A stretch of 64,000 nucleotides of DNA from Lama glama (taxonomy: Eukaryota): positions 41,728,001-41,792,000 of the forward strand of contig CM052817.1 of NCBI GenBank assembly GCA_028534125.1, given 5' to 3'. The translations under genes were made by a program, and so were the position numbers. The notes beneath the pieces were generated by a model. The model ran no database searches. It was not told the origin of the DNA and saw only the letters and a list, made by a program, of their open reading frames with translations. Position 1 is the stretch's first letter; each line of letters begins with the position of its first letter. Below are positions 1-12,480 of the stretch, one piece after another.

Positions 1-179
1 TTTACCGAGTATTTGTGATTGCCTCATGGGACACATTTTTTTTTAAGGCAAAAGAAAATCCACCCAAACACTTGAAAATTACAGGCAGCTTCAATCTATA
101 AATTTTAATGTTATTATTCTAATTATGTCATAGAGGAAGAGTCCAAACTTCTGGCTAAATTTGACAGATTGAACACACC

Positions 180-1205
180 CATTTACCTCTGCTCCCTCTG
201 GAAAGCCTAATGAAATTACAGTAAAGGCATAAAAATTGTGTAAACTCACAAGGGCAATGAGAACTAGGGAGGAAGTGAATGACAAAGAGAGAAAACCACA
301 AAACCATAGACGATGTAAAGCAGATTGTGGGGCACTGGTTAATGCAGCAGAAGAGGTGGATGCCTGAGTGTTCTCTGCAAAAGGAAGAGGAAATTAGAGG
401 CACTAGGCACGTAAAAGCTCCACTGGGTATTCAAGTTATGTGAAAACCTGTATGAGTACTGGTTAGAACTGTCTTCCATCCCCATCCTAGCTCTGGCATC
501 CAGGAAAGTGTCTTTCCTTCCCTTGCACACATTTAGAGACGTTGAAAAATACAGGGTCTCTGGAACTCAGAGACCAGTCAAGCAGGAGGATCTGAAGCTA
601 CACTGAAAACATAATCATAAAGTGTCAACAAACCAGAAGGTCTAAATAAGAACATCCCAGCTCCCTTTTCTGATTAACTCTCAGACTGGCAATGAGGTCT
701 ATACTTGCCACCATTTTGTCCCTGTAATGGGCAGATGATTAGAGAAGTCTTTGCTGGTGAAACTGACCTCTGAAGAGAAAGAACCTGACTTGGGTTAAGA
801 CCCCCTTGACTAATTGGGTTCTTCTTCACTCAGGAGCTCCATGATGAGATCTACTTTGGTACCTTTAGAAAAATTCTGCCACGGAGACAGAGACCTTCCA
901 AATGGAGTTTTTAGTCCTTTCTCTTAAATATAAATAAACTAAGGAACTCCAGATATTGGAGGGAAGTTTCTAACATAAACAAAAATGATAAAAAAGACAA
1001 AGAGAAAAGGAGACTCAGGAGAAATTTAGTCAATGAAGAAAGCAAAATAAAAATCTCAAAATACACAAAATTGACATCCTCAAAGAGCTGAAAGAAAGTA
1101 GCTCACCACAATGTAAAAAAGAAACACTCAGAGAATAAGACCAATCTTTCAGGAATTAGAAAAATAATGGAAACAAATATTCAGGAAATATTAAAGAAAG
1201 TACTT
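180..1205 (+). mobile_element. Old LINE-1 (L1M/HAL1-like) 5'UTR-ORF1 remnant
   Basis: A-rich, coiled-coil-coding-like tract at ~960-1200 (gacatcctcaaagagctgaaagaaag...cactcagagaataag) typical of decayed L1 ORF1; left boundary uncertain. Confidence 0.4.
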
Positions 1206-1210
1206 GGATG

Positions 1211-1445
1211 TAGTGATGTATCAAGAATGGAACAGTGGGAGTGGCCTTACCTGGATGCAGGCAAGAAAGGGTTGCATGGTGAGCAGAAAATTTAAAAGTA
1301 ATAAAACCAACTAAAACTAGTCTGCTTTTTATTATTATCATGAGTCAACAATTCTAAACCACATCAGTGATAAAGTATTCTTATCCACAACAATTTTGTG
1401 TGCATCTAATTGCTAAACAGTTGTTGCAGCTACTACTGAGTCTAA
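1211..1445 (+). mobile_element. MER97-like hAT (Tip100) DNA transposon fragment
   Basis: cagtgggagtgg...ggatgcaggcaagaaaggg...aataaaaccaactaaaactagtctgctttttattattatcatg...aattctaaac...cagtgataaa resembles my recollection of the MER97 consensus. Confidence 0.6.
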
Positions 1446-1804
1446 GAAGAAATGAACTCAAGGAAACAAAGATATGGATGGACAATACTAACATTTTTAG
1501 AATTTACTGTGAAATGAGAATTTTATGTTTTAATAGTGATTTACCTATTATCATTTCTTATTTTATATAATTTTGCTCTCCTGCCCTTTTTTCCTTGTGA
1601 AATTAGCAAGTGGTTTGTCTATTTTGTTACTTCTTTTCATGACAACAGGACTTAATTATTAGTAAGGTAGACTATTTTTCCATTGTCTTTACTTTTATAT
1701 TTAGTAACTCCTCTTTTGAGCTTCCTTTGATTTGCTGTTTTTTTATTTGTTTTTTGGGGGGTGGGGTAGGCTGTAGTTATTTAATTCATCTATTCATCTT
1801 ACTT

Positions 1805-2850
1805 TAATATTTTAATAGGTATTATTGACATACATTAAAATATGCACATATTTAAAGTGCATTATTTAGGTTTTGCCTGCATAAAATCCATAAAACTGTA
1901 CTGACAGTAAGGATGATGAACACACCTATTACCCCAAAACTTTTCTTTTCACCTTCTATGATCTTTCTCCCACCTCTCCCCAACCCCTCATCCCGAGACA
2001 ATCACAGATCTGCTTTCTTATTCTATAGATTAGTTTGCATTTTTAGAATTTCGTATAAATAGAATCATTTATGGACTCTTTTATCTGGCGTCTTTCAATC
2101 AGCATAATCATTTTGGGATTCACCCATGTTGTAACATGTATCAGCAATTTATTGTTTTTTGTTTGTTTGTTTTTTGGGATTTTTTTGCTAAGTAGTATTC
2201 CTTTCTATGTCTACACTACTGCTTTTTTATCCATTAGCCTGTTAATGGACATTTGGGTTGTTTCCGGTTTGGGGCTGTTATGAATCATGCTCCAATGACC
2301 ACGTACAAGTGTTTGTATGAGCATCCCTTTTTGATAACTAACTGGGAGAATGACTAATTCATACAGTAGATGAATATTTAACCAATAAGAAACTGTCAAA
2401 AAAATTCTCCAAAGTGATTGTACTATTTTACATTCCCACTAGCAGAGAATGAGAGTTCCACATCTTTGCCAAAAGGTGGTATGATCAGTCATTTATTTTA
2501 GCTATACTGACAGGTGTGAGGTGTATTTCATTATGGTTTTACTTTGTATTTTCCTAGTGAGATTATTGTTGTTGAACATCTTTTCAATCCATGTACTGTT
2601 TCTGTTTCTGGTAAGATACCTGTTCAAGTCAATTGCCTGCTTTTATTATCGCCTTCTTTGTTTTCTAATAATTGAGTTTTGAGAGTTCTTTGTATAGTCT
2701 GGATACAAGTCTTTTATTAGATATATGCTTTAAAAGTATTTCCAAGTCTGTGACTTGTCTTTTCATTCTGCTAAGGGTATCATTTGAAGAATATACATTC
2801 TTAATTTTCATGAAGTACAATTTTTCAGTTTTCCTTGTATGGATTATGCT
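1805..2850 (-). mobile_element. LINE-1 (L1MC-like) ORF2 C-terminus and 3'UTR
   Basis: Antisense L1 hallmarks: gatctgctttc..tatagattagtttgcattttt, ggacatttgggttgtttcc, ttacattcccactagcag; minus ORF 2665-2967 contains RMKRQVTDLEILLKHISNKRLVSRLYKEL, similar to the L1 ORF2 C-terminal region. Confidence 0.9.
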
Positions 2851-2854
2851 TCTG

Positions 2855-4672
2855 CACATGTTAGAAAACCCACAAGTTGTCATTATTTTTGCTTTAAATA
2901 GTTGATTATATTTTAAACATATTGAAATAAATTTAAAAATCTTTCTGTTTACCAAGGTACTTACCATTTTCTGTATTCTTCATTCCTTTGTGTACATCCA
3001 GGATTCTGTCTGGTATAATTCTCCTGCTTAAACGACTTCCCTTAACATTTCTCGTAGTACTGGTCAGTTGATGATGAATTACTTCAGTTTTTCTATGTTT
3101 GAGAATCTTATTTTGCTAGTTTCTTGAATGATAATTTTGGGTAAAGGTTGGGTCAAAGAATTCTTGGTTGATATTTTTCTTTCAGTTGTTTAAAGATATT
3201 TTTCCAGTGTCTTCCCACTTGCCTTGTTTCCTACCAGAAATATCCTATCTTCCTTACCTTTGTCTCTCTGGATATAATGTATCTTCTTTCTCCTTCCCCT
3301 CTTCTTGCTGCTTTTAAGAAATTTTTTCTCTGTCACTCACTTTAAGAAATTTGATTTTGATGTACTTTGGTGCAATTTTCTTTAAACTTCTTACAGTTGG
3401 AGTTCATTGAGGTTTCTGGATCTGTGGGTTTATAGATTCCATCAAATTTGGAATTTTTCAGCATTATTTCTCATATTTTTTTCTTCCCTGTCTCTCTTTT
3501 GTTAATTTAAATTGCCCATATATTAGTCTGTTTGAAGTTATCCCTCAGCTTACAGAATTGCCACACATTTTTCCATGCTTTTTTCTTTCTGTGTTTAGTT
3601 CTATACAGATTCTATTGTTAATTCAACAACTGTGTCTTTTTTGCTTGTATTTTTCCCTCAATGTCTAATTTACTTTTAATCCTATCCAAAATATTTTTCA
3701 TTTCAACACTATATTTTTTATCACTAGAAGTTCAATTTGGGTTATTTAAAAAGCTTCTCTTTACTTAACATTGGTTCAGTCTTTTCTCTAATTTCTTGAA
3801 TATATGGATCATAAGAAATATGTTAATATTATTGATCACTAATTCCCTCATCTGTATCAATCCTGAGTCAGTTTTGTTGGCTGACTTTTCTCCTCATTCA
3901 ATAGAACCTATTATCTGTAGTATTTTCCTGTTTCTTTTTTATTTTTTGTGATCTCTATTAGATGCCTGACTGAATTTTACCTCTTGGGTGCTGAATATTT
4001 CTGTATTCCTATAAATATTCTTGAGTTTATTCTGGAAAGTTGTCCAATTACTTAAATTAGTTTCATCCATTCAGTTTTTGCTTTGTTAGGTGGGCCAAGA
4101 GCAACATCTAGTCTAGGGTTAATTTTTCCTATTACCGAGGCAAATCCCCTCTGAGTATTCTATCTGATGCTCTGCAAATTGTGAGGTTTTTCCACTCAAG
4201 CTAGTGGCCCTGCATTGGCTTTAAAGCCTGTTCCTTGTCATCCTTTCAGGTAATTAATTCCCCCCACTCCAGGAAAGCTGCCCACATGCATCACTGATAC
4301 TCAGCTGTCTGCTTGAGAGGGGCCCTCCACAGACCTAGATGTCATCTCTCTGTGTGGCCTGCTCTTCTCCAGGCTACTTCCTGGTGAACCACAGTGGCGT
4401 TGGCCTTCCCAGACTACCAGCTTCATCTCTTCAACTCATGGAGACTTCTGGGTTTCCCCTCCCTGCACTGCAACCCAGTCACTTTCTCTAGGCAGTGATT
4501 TGGGAAAATTGTGGGGCACATCTCACTTATTTTCCATTTTTCAGGGGTAACTGCCCTTTGTTTCCTGATATCCATTGTCAGGACAACTGTTGTTTCATAT
4601 GTTTTATCTACTTTCTTTAGTTGTTTCATAAGGGGAGGTAAATCTGGTCCCCATTACTCCACAGTGGTCAGG
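2855..4672 (-). mobile_element. LINE-1 (L1M) 5'UTR/ORF1 region, abutting the 3' fragment with most of ORF2 missing
   Basis: Antisense L1M ORF1-type text (cttcccttaacatttctcgtagt, ttcttggttgatattttttctttcag, ggatctgtgggtttatag) ending in a 5'UTR-like segment (ggggaggtaaatctggtccccattactcc). Confidence 0.8.
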
Positions 4673-4779
4673 TATATAATCTTAACTATTTATACACCAA
4701 GCAGGGCTGGTATCTCTCATTCACCTGCTTCTTCTCTCACTTCTCCATCTATGCACTAAGACAGGAGCAGCAAAGGTCT

Positions 4780-5240
4780 TAATTCATTAATTTCTCTTCT
4801 TTAATTTTTTTGTGATTAAAAACATTTGGTGCTTCAACTTTTCTTGTGATTGCTGTTTAACTATGTCATTGGTCCTGATATGTGGTGTTTTTAATTATTA
4901 TTATTATTTGCAAATTTTGTTGTTTCAGTATATTTTTCCCTTTTTATCTGAAAGTTGTTTAATATAAGATTTTATTTTTCATTTATAGATGGAAGGACTT
5001 TTAGGTCTTTATTTTGTGAATAATTTCTGATTTTATTAACTTGTGATTGAAGAGTGTTATTTGTAATATTTTTACAGCAGGACACTTACTGATCTTTTAT
5101 TTATGATTTAATATATGATTGAATTTTTAAATACTTATATGTTTTTTAAGAACTACTTTATTTTTTGTCCTTATTTTCAATAGTTTAAAAACTCTCTCTT
5201 TGACTTCCATTATATTCCCTACAGTCCCCCTACCATTAAT
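4780..5240 (-). mobile_element. Highly decayed L1ME-like fragment
   Basis: T-rich antisense L1 ORF2-like text (tttctgattttattaacttgtgattgaagagtg). Confidence 0.45.
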
Positions 5241-5934
5241 TATTTACTCTTGACAACTGTTCAAAATACTATTCAGAGACACTGCTCCTGCATATTTGCA
5301 TTAATAAAAATAACTGTTTTAAGCACATTCCTTACTGAAGAGATCCTTTACTCTCCACCTGTGTATTCTTCAGTTCACCAAAAATGTGAGCATAATGTGG
5401 GTACCACAGATACCAGGTTGAAGACTCAGTCCCTGTCCCAGAGGAAGCCTGCTAATCTGCCAGGGTTTTCTCCTCCTCGAGTTTTGCTAGAACCCTTCAT
5501 GGTTTTGTTTCCATATTTTAAAGTGCAATATTCCAAAGGCTTACTACTCACATGAAGTGTTACTCAAATTATTGTAGAGTCTATCTAGAAACACCATGTT
5601 GATGATCACTAACAACAGATTGTGTATCATCTTCACCTCTTCATATTCTGTCTTACCTTTCCTTGAGTTACAAAGAATTTGGCTTCAACAATTACTAGGG
5701 CATTACTATTATCAAGTGTAATATTAAAGGAGAAGTCATAGAAAAATAATAAATACTAGAGAATTAACATACAATTATAATTATAAAACTAAACATGGTC
5801 AAAAAGTAATGGTGATTAATAATAAAAAGGTATTTTTGAAATGGGGAAAGTCAAATGTTTCAACTAGTTCACAGTTGTACATCTAAGATTTTATAAAAGT
5901 AAAACTTCATGATTAATAGAATAAAGCAAGAAAT

Positions 5935-6090
5935 AGACTAACTCCACCTTAATTTTTGTTTGTACAATATAGTGATAAAAATACCAACCTTATGGGATTG
6001 TTGATAAGATCAGAACTAACAAATGCAAAGGCTTTCTTGACCCATAGCAGGCACTGGATATACAGTAGTTCTTGTTTTCATTATTATTAA
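5935..6090 (+). mobile_element. MIR SINE fragment
   Basis: MIR core/3' pattern: ataccaaccttatgggattgttgataagatc...catagcaggcactggatatacagtag...ttattatt. Confidence 0.65.
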
Positions 6091-6399
6091 TGCATTCTTA
6101 TGTAAAGATAGACATAAAAATTTTTTAAACAAAGATCCTCAGACATAAATAACTTAAAGGCCTTTCCAGGATACATTCTGGGGGAATTTAAATGTTTTGT
6201 CTATCAGTAGTTGGAAAGAAAGAGTAGAAGTCATATGTGATTTCTGCTGACCTGAGTTTATTTCCAGTAACACACAGTGGTCACAACAAAGCATTCAAAT
6301 ATGACTTTGTATATTTCAAATGTCATGGGAGAAGCTGGAACTACACAGGAGAAAATCACTGCCAGACGTTCTGGTTCTCTTCTCTTATTTAAAAACAGC

Positions 6400-6705
6400 C
6401 GACTCAACTCACCCTTCAGTTTTCTGCTTTAACATGCTCACTTCCTTAGTGAAGCCATCCCCTTTAGGCTAGACTACTAGAAGTGGTCCTATGGCCTAAC
6501 CTCAAATTCCCCTATCATAATATTCATCACGATTTTCATATTTCTTGTGTAGTCATATTTCTTCTCAATATATTGCAAACTCCATAAAAAGAGGAGACAT
6601 GTCTGCTTTATTCCTTGTTGCCTCAGCACCATGAAGACTATTTGACACAATGTTTGCAACTCAATCAATATTTATTAAATAAATTATTGAGTAAATAAAT
6701 AAATT
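6400..6705 (+). mobile_element. LINE-2 3' end
   Basis: tgcaaactccataaaaagaggagacatgtctgctttattc...gacacaatg...ctcaatcaatatttattaaataaat; L2 terminal signature. Confidence 0.75.
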
Positions 6706-7369
6706 CCCTAACAGATGTGCAAATTTCTATGAAGAGCCAGAGATAGTTCTACAATCTGGGTCTGAAGCAAACAACAGAGAACATGCAAGCACACTCCTCC
6801 AAAGGTTTTGACAGAGTGAGAAAACATTATCTGCATCTCCAGGGCAACCTCTCTATTACTGATGGTCATAGCAGACCTTCAGAGACCTTCAGGACTGGCG
6901 TTGCTTTAGAACCAGCTGGGACCTCTTAATCCAGAGCTATGCACTGAATGTGTACATATTCAGATTCAACTAAGCTAGTCGTAGAGAAGTAGCTATGTAT
7001 CAGGCTTGGAGAGCTATGCGCTTTATCATGTCATTTTACTCAAAGGCACAAACTATAAGGGAGCAGGATGATCATTTCTATTATAGATAAGGATAGTGGC
7101 TACAAAAGATATCATAACTTTAGCAAAATCATGTAGATTACCCATAAAAGAACCAGGATGCATATACAAGTTGTAAGCTCACAAGCCGGGAGTGAACGTT
7201 TTAAGGTAAGGCACAGTGAAGCGATTATGTTCAAGTTGTTTTAGCATAGGCATGGGCAGGTCTGCACGTGTCATCATCAGACTCAACTGAAGCTCAAATT
7301 ACCTTAGTGATAACCAAGTATATTTTAGCTATAGGGTATTCTAGGAGTTATCCTTTCTGATATTTCTCC

Positions 7370-7520
7370 TGCTGTCAGACATGAGATATGTTAGCTTTCT
7401 AAGTTTCTTTTTCCTTATCTGTGAAGTGAAACTACTATGTGCCTTTTTCCTCTCATAGGGTCATTTGGAGGAACAAATAAGACACCCATATAGAAGCCAC
7501 ACTGTGTTAATATTAGCACT
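7370..7520 (+). mobile_element. MIR SINE fragment
   Basis: tttccttatctgtgaagtgaa...cctctcatagggtcatttggaggaacaaataaga. Confidence 0.6.
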
Positions 7521-9944
7521 TCAAGGTTTTAAAGGGATTGTTAACACAGCTATCATCTTGATTTTTTTACTCTGCTTTACTGAACAACGTCTGTTCTCGT
7601 CCTTATTTTTGTTTGGAGTTGTATAGCCTTTTAGGTAACTACTCCTGGATTTTTTAAGTCCTATGAAAATTATTCTAGTATGTTTACATATAGGAAAGTT
7701 ATTTTCAGATTCTGACATGATGAAAAATCAAATCAAGGTCCCAGAAAAATAACAGCTGCTTACATTGAAGGTTTGCTTTATCTTGGTTACCACTGAAATG
7801 GGTACAAATTCAAGGTTTGATGGAAACAAAACTGGATGTGACTTTTAAACATAGCTCTGCATTTATCACCATTGCAACCCTTAGTTTGAAATCCTTACCA
7901 ATAAAATGGGGATAATAACAAACCCTAAACTTCTTAAAATCATCAAATTCCATCAAATTGTGAATAGCAGTATTATAAAGAGTTTAGGGTTACTCACATA
8001 GTCAATATTTAAGGAAGACATGCATTCAAAGGGAAAAGGTGTATTTTCTATATTTAAAATCAATTTTTATTTGTATTTTTAAAAACAAATGTTTTATTTC
8101 TGAAAAGCACTTACCTCTAACGTTAACTAAATTGATGAGCAAGAGAGTATATTTCTTTGACAACACTATGTCAACTCATTTAGGCCTTTTAGAAATGCAA
8201 TATTTATGACAACTCTCAATGAAAAAGTATGCTATTTCCACATCAGAAACAAGAAAAATGATTATGCCATCACAATACACAAAACAAAACTTTTTGGGGA
8301 AAATATTTCTTGATCTGTTATTATCAACAGCAAACAGACCTAAGTATTTTCAGGATTTGCAAGGAGATCAAAATATTTCTGAGGTAAGCCAACTTGTCAT
8401 TTTTTTTCTCCTCTCTTAAAGGTTGGGTCATACAGAGGCAGCAAAATGTTTTGTGTTTCTTTGACTGTGTTCCACCCAAATCACACAGCCAAGTTTCAGT
8501 ACCATTATGTTTATATAGTGAACTTCAGATACTTATTTCCTAATTTGGATTGATCAGAACATCTTCAAAACATCTGCCCAAGTTGGTACACTGCCCAGGA
8601 AGTCTAATAACTTTTGAGAAGAGAAAATGAGATTTATGGGCTAAGACAGGGAACTACCTAGAAAATTATGAGGTTTTAGTAAGGCTATCAGTACATCTGA
8701 CTTTGCTAAGAGTCAGCCATGTGGAATGCAATAAAAACTCTAGGCAGCTTTAAAATAAACTCTTTGATTAAAAGCAATTATAAAAAATTGTCAGCTGTCT
8801 GAACTGATATTTTTCCTTGGAATAATGTAAGAAGTCAGTGTCGGAAGTGTGATTAGTAGATTTCCAAAACTAGCTCAATTTTCCTACATGATATAGTCTG
8901 GAGGTAATGGGAAAGCCAGCTTTCTCGAAACTTTATCTCCCTTCCAAGTCCTAAGATGCTTACAACTTGAGTTTCTAAACAGGTCTTGTAAGACTTTCCA
9001 AAGGGAAGGGGCATATAGCAAGGTGAGGGTGTGACATACGTAAATAAACTGGATTATTGCCACACAGCATTAAAAGAGAGCATTTTCTTTGACAGATTCA
9101 CCATTACGCCAAGCCTATCCTCAGTGTGTCAGACTTAGAAATTTGATTTGTGAGTACTCTGGGAATGGATTTGCATCTCAGAAATGGACTCAGAGAGGCT
9201 TGTAGACATGTAACAGATAAAACCAGACGCTATTCTAAGGATTAAAATTGAGAACTGTAACAGCCTACATATCCAGGTGCTCAGCCTTTCCTCAGAGCAC
9301 TCTCTCCAGGCAGTCCAATCACAATGAAAGTGAAATTGTAATCAGAAGTTTGCTTTGAAGGACAGAATCCAAATAAGGATTATTTACTATGTAATCTGCA
9401 TGTTTAAATTCATCATACCAGATAACCATTTAAAATTTAGGAGTTAATCCTTTAAGGAAGCAACTGTTTCCAAGCCTCTCTCTTCCCTTCTGTCCCTCTG
9501 TAGCCCACTCTTCATGTAAAAAAATCCTCAAGGAGGAATATCCCACTGAGTCACTAACACAGATGTTAAAATCAGTGTCTCAGATAGCTTTTATCCTAAG
9601 AGGTGGAGGAAACAGCATTAAATCACCAATAACCTCAGGAAGAGGATAAAAGCCAACAAGAAATAAGGGTGAAGAGACAAGAAGGGCTGAAGATATTTTG
9701 TACTAATTCATACATTTAATAGGGCCTGCTTTGTGGTTTACTTCTGTTTGGGGATGAGCAGATTCCTCTGGAGTTTAAGCACCTCTCAGAATGACTGCAA
9801 ACTTGGAAGTTAAACGCCTCTTTGCAGCTTGGGCAAAAGCAGTAACTTACTTGATTACTTTAGGAGTTTATTCAGTTTTTATTCTGAAAGTCATGACTTT
9901 ATCATTTTATGCAAACTTAAAGTTACATATTACATAAACTTGGT

Positions 9945-10160
9945 TGCACAGCATAGTAGTTAAGATCATGGCTCTAAAAAAGATCTGGCTTTGAGTCTCA
10001 GCTCATCCGATTCCTAGTTGTGTGAACTTTTCTAAACATGGGGATAACAAGAGTACCTAACTTACAAAGTCAAAGTAAGGATTGCACTGGAGCATGTAAA
10101 GACTTGGCGGAGTGCCTGGCACCTAGTAAGGGCTCCATAAATTCTGGTTGCTACTGATGT
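9945..10160 (+). mobile_element. MIR SINE
   Basis: cagcatagtagttaagatcatggctct...tgagtctcagctc...taaacatggggataacaagagtacctaac...gtgcctggcacctagtaagggctccataa. Confidence 0.8.
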
Positions 10161-10399
10161 TGCCACCAATGTTTCCACTGTTGCTATTGGTGATGGCTTT
10201 GTGGGATTCTTCCGATATCCTCAGATTCTTCCTACATTATAGAAAACAATTTATTTCCTATGGACTAAAAACAGCCCACTTCAGACTACTGTCATCTCTT
10301 GTTTGGCCTCTTGCCTTAAAGTCTGATAGTTCTCTTCTCAGAACTGCACACAGCTGCTTATTGCACAGCTGGATATGCAATTTTTCTGACATCAATTCT

Positions 10400-10722
10400 T
10401 CAAGGATTCCCGCTCAAACCTATTAACAGAGTCCTTGTAGCCAAGCATTTGCCCAGCTCTCCAGCCTCTTCTTTTTACTTTATGATCAATCAACACCATT
10501 GACCTTTAGTCCTTTATACATGGTGCTATCTCTCACCTCCATGACTTTGCTCCAGTCTTTCTGCTCTCCTGGAACACACTCTCATGCCCCATCTATCAGG
10601 TTAACTCCTGCATATCCTGAAATAGTCAGTTTTTACACCCTCTCCTACCCTCCCAACTCAATGGCTAACTCATCACTGCCCTCCAGCACCCAGCACAGTG
10701 CTCAAAGAACAAATGAATGATA
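10400..10722 (+). mobile_element. LINE-2 3' fragment
   Basis: ccatgactttgctc...ctcctggaacacactc...ccagcacccagcacagtgctcaaagaacaaatgaatga. Confidence 0.6.
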
Positions 10723-10836
10723 GGATATCCCTCTGATAGAATACCATACTACAGAGAGATGAGGAAATGGGAGGCATAAGAAAGATTCAGTTTGCAGGTT
10801 TGAAGCGTGATATTGATCAGATTGTGAAAAAGTCTT

Positions 10837-10856
10837 CACACACACACACACACACA
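10837..10856. repeat. (CA)10 microsatellite
   Basis: Direct read of the sequence. Confidence 0.95.
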
Positions 10857-11984
10857 TAGCAGAACTTTTAGTACCATTTTGTTTAATCTAAAGGTCAATA
10901 GCTCATTTTGGGATAAACTATTCACTGATTTGTTGAATTAATCAGGTTATTATGAAGGACAAATGATTCCAAATCATTTTCATATTTGATTTCTAAAACA
11001 TCTTTGGATCTATTATATTTGATTGTTGATTTGAAAGTTTAAATTTTAGCAAAAAAAAATTAAAGATTGTTAAGAATGGATCATACAATTAGTCATCATT
11101 ACTGAGTTACACATTTAATTTGCTCAAGTCAAAACAAGATTTTTTTGTACAGCCAGCACTACAAGCTCAAACTAGCAGCTAAGAAACGAAGATTGCCATT
11201 GTTAGTTGGTCTACCATTGGATAACTTTATGTTATCACATATAACCTAGTTTCTGGACTTAGTGTTTATCTGAAGTTTTTATTGACCCGAGGTTAAGTGA
11301 AGCTAATCTCCTCTATCCTGGGTGTATCACCTTTGTAAGGTTAACAGTGGTAAAGATGTAGGGTTTTTTTCTCAGTATGCTAAACAGTCATAATTCAGAT
11401 AGTACTTAAGGAGCAGATGTTGGAGATAATGGTTCTCAGGACAGTAGGGTCATCGAGCAGTAACCAAATGCCTTACGTACATAAAGGGGGCATGTTGTCA
11501 CAGACCTATACCTTTAGCTTTCAAGAAGTGTGTTTACCTCATAACTACAGCCTCCGCATGTGTGAGCCCACCAGAAATTTGGCTCAATTAAAATATGAAG
11601 GAGTTTTTGAATGACATTTTGAACCAGATGACTACTGCCTCTTCACTGCTAACATTGTAATTTAAACACAGAGGAGTCTCCATTTTAGAAATGAAATGCA
11701 TGCAAAGGACATAACTTTAAACACTGGGATGAGAACTGCAACTTCACATTTTAATCTACTTTAAGACTGTGTTCTACAATGCCCAAAGAGGTATCTCTTA
11801 AGCCTAATTAGAAGGTCCAAACTTGAAGTAACCTCATCTTGATGAAAGATAGCAACTCATTTTTCCAGCATAGTTAGAAAATATGCCACTCTAGATCAGA
11901 ACATCTCCAAGATGACTAAATACTTCTTATTTTCAGGTCTATAATTTTAAAAAATAGCCATAATACAGGCTATAGCCATAGTTT

Positions 11985-12225
11985 AAGGAAGTATGGTATA
12001 ATGGGAAGACCTTCAGACTTGGTTCCAGTTAGGTGAGAATTAGGACCCTGGCCCTGCTACTCACAAAATACGGGCCTTAGACAAGTCATTAGCATCCCTT
12101 AGCATTAATTTCATCATCTGTAAAATGAACATAAATGTTAACTACCCTATAAGGTGGTTCTGAGAGTTGGTCTCAGCACATAAAAGGAGGCCAATAATTA
12201 GCCAGTATTATTGTTTTTTAATCAT
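11985..12225 (+). mobile_element. MIR SINE
   Basis: gtatggtataatgggaagacc...ccttagacaagtcattagcatcc...tttcatcatctgtaaaatg...aaggtggttctgagag. Confidence 0.8.
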
Positions 12226-12287
12226 TATCTGTAGAGACTAATGGAATTTTAGAGCCAAAAACAACAATAAAAGACAACTGAGAGGTA

Positions 12288-12480
12288 CAGAGGTCTTAAA
12301 TTCAAATGCTGTCAGGGGCAAAGCAAATGCCCCGGCTAGAGCGAAGGAGTCCTGGGTAGAATCAGGGAATGTATGAAAGCCTCTTTAAGGCTGTAGATTC
12401 AAAATCTTTTAAACATCAAGGACAAAATAGTCTCACTTCAGTTCTTCAAAATAGAGACCAGGCCATCAATATGTAATGCT
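12288..12480 (+). mobile_element. MER102-like hAT-Charlie fragment, apparently within an antisense MIR (~12230-12600)
   Basis: Starts cagaggtcttaaattcaaatgctgtcaggggc, similar to the MER102 terminus as recalled; flanks read as antisense MIR (atggaattttagagcc... / gctcagggagattg...cactagcttagtggcagagatgg). Confidence 0.45.
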
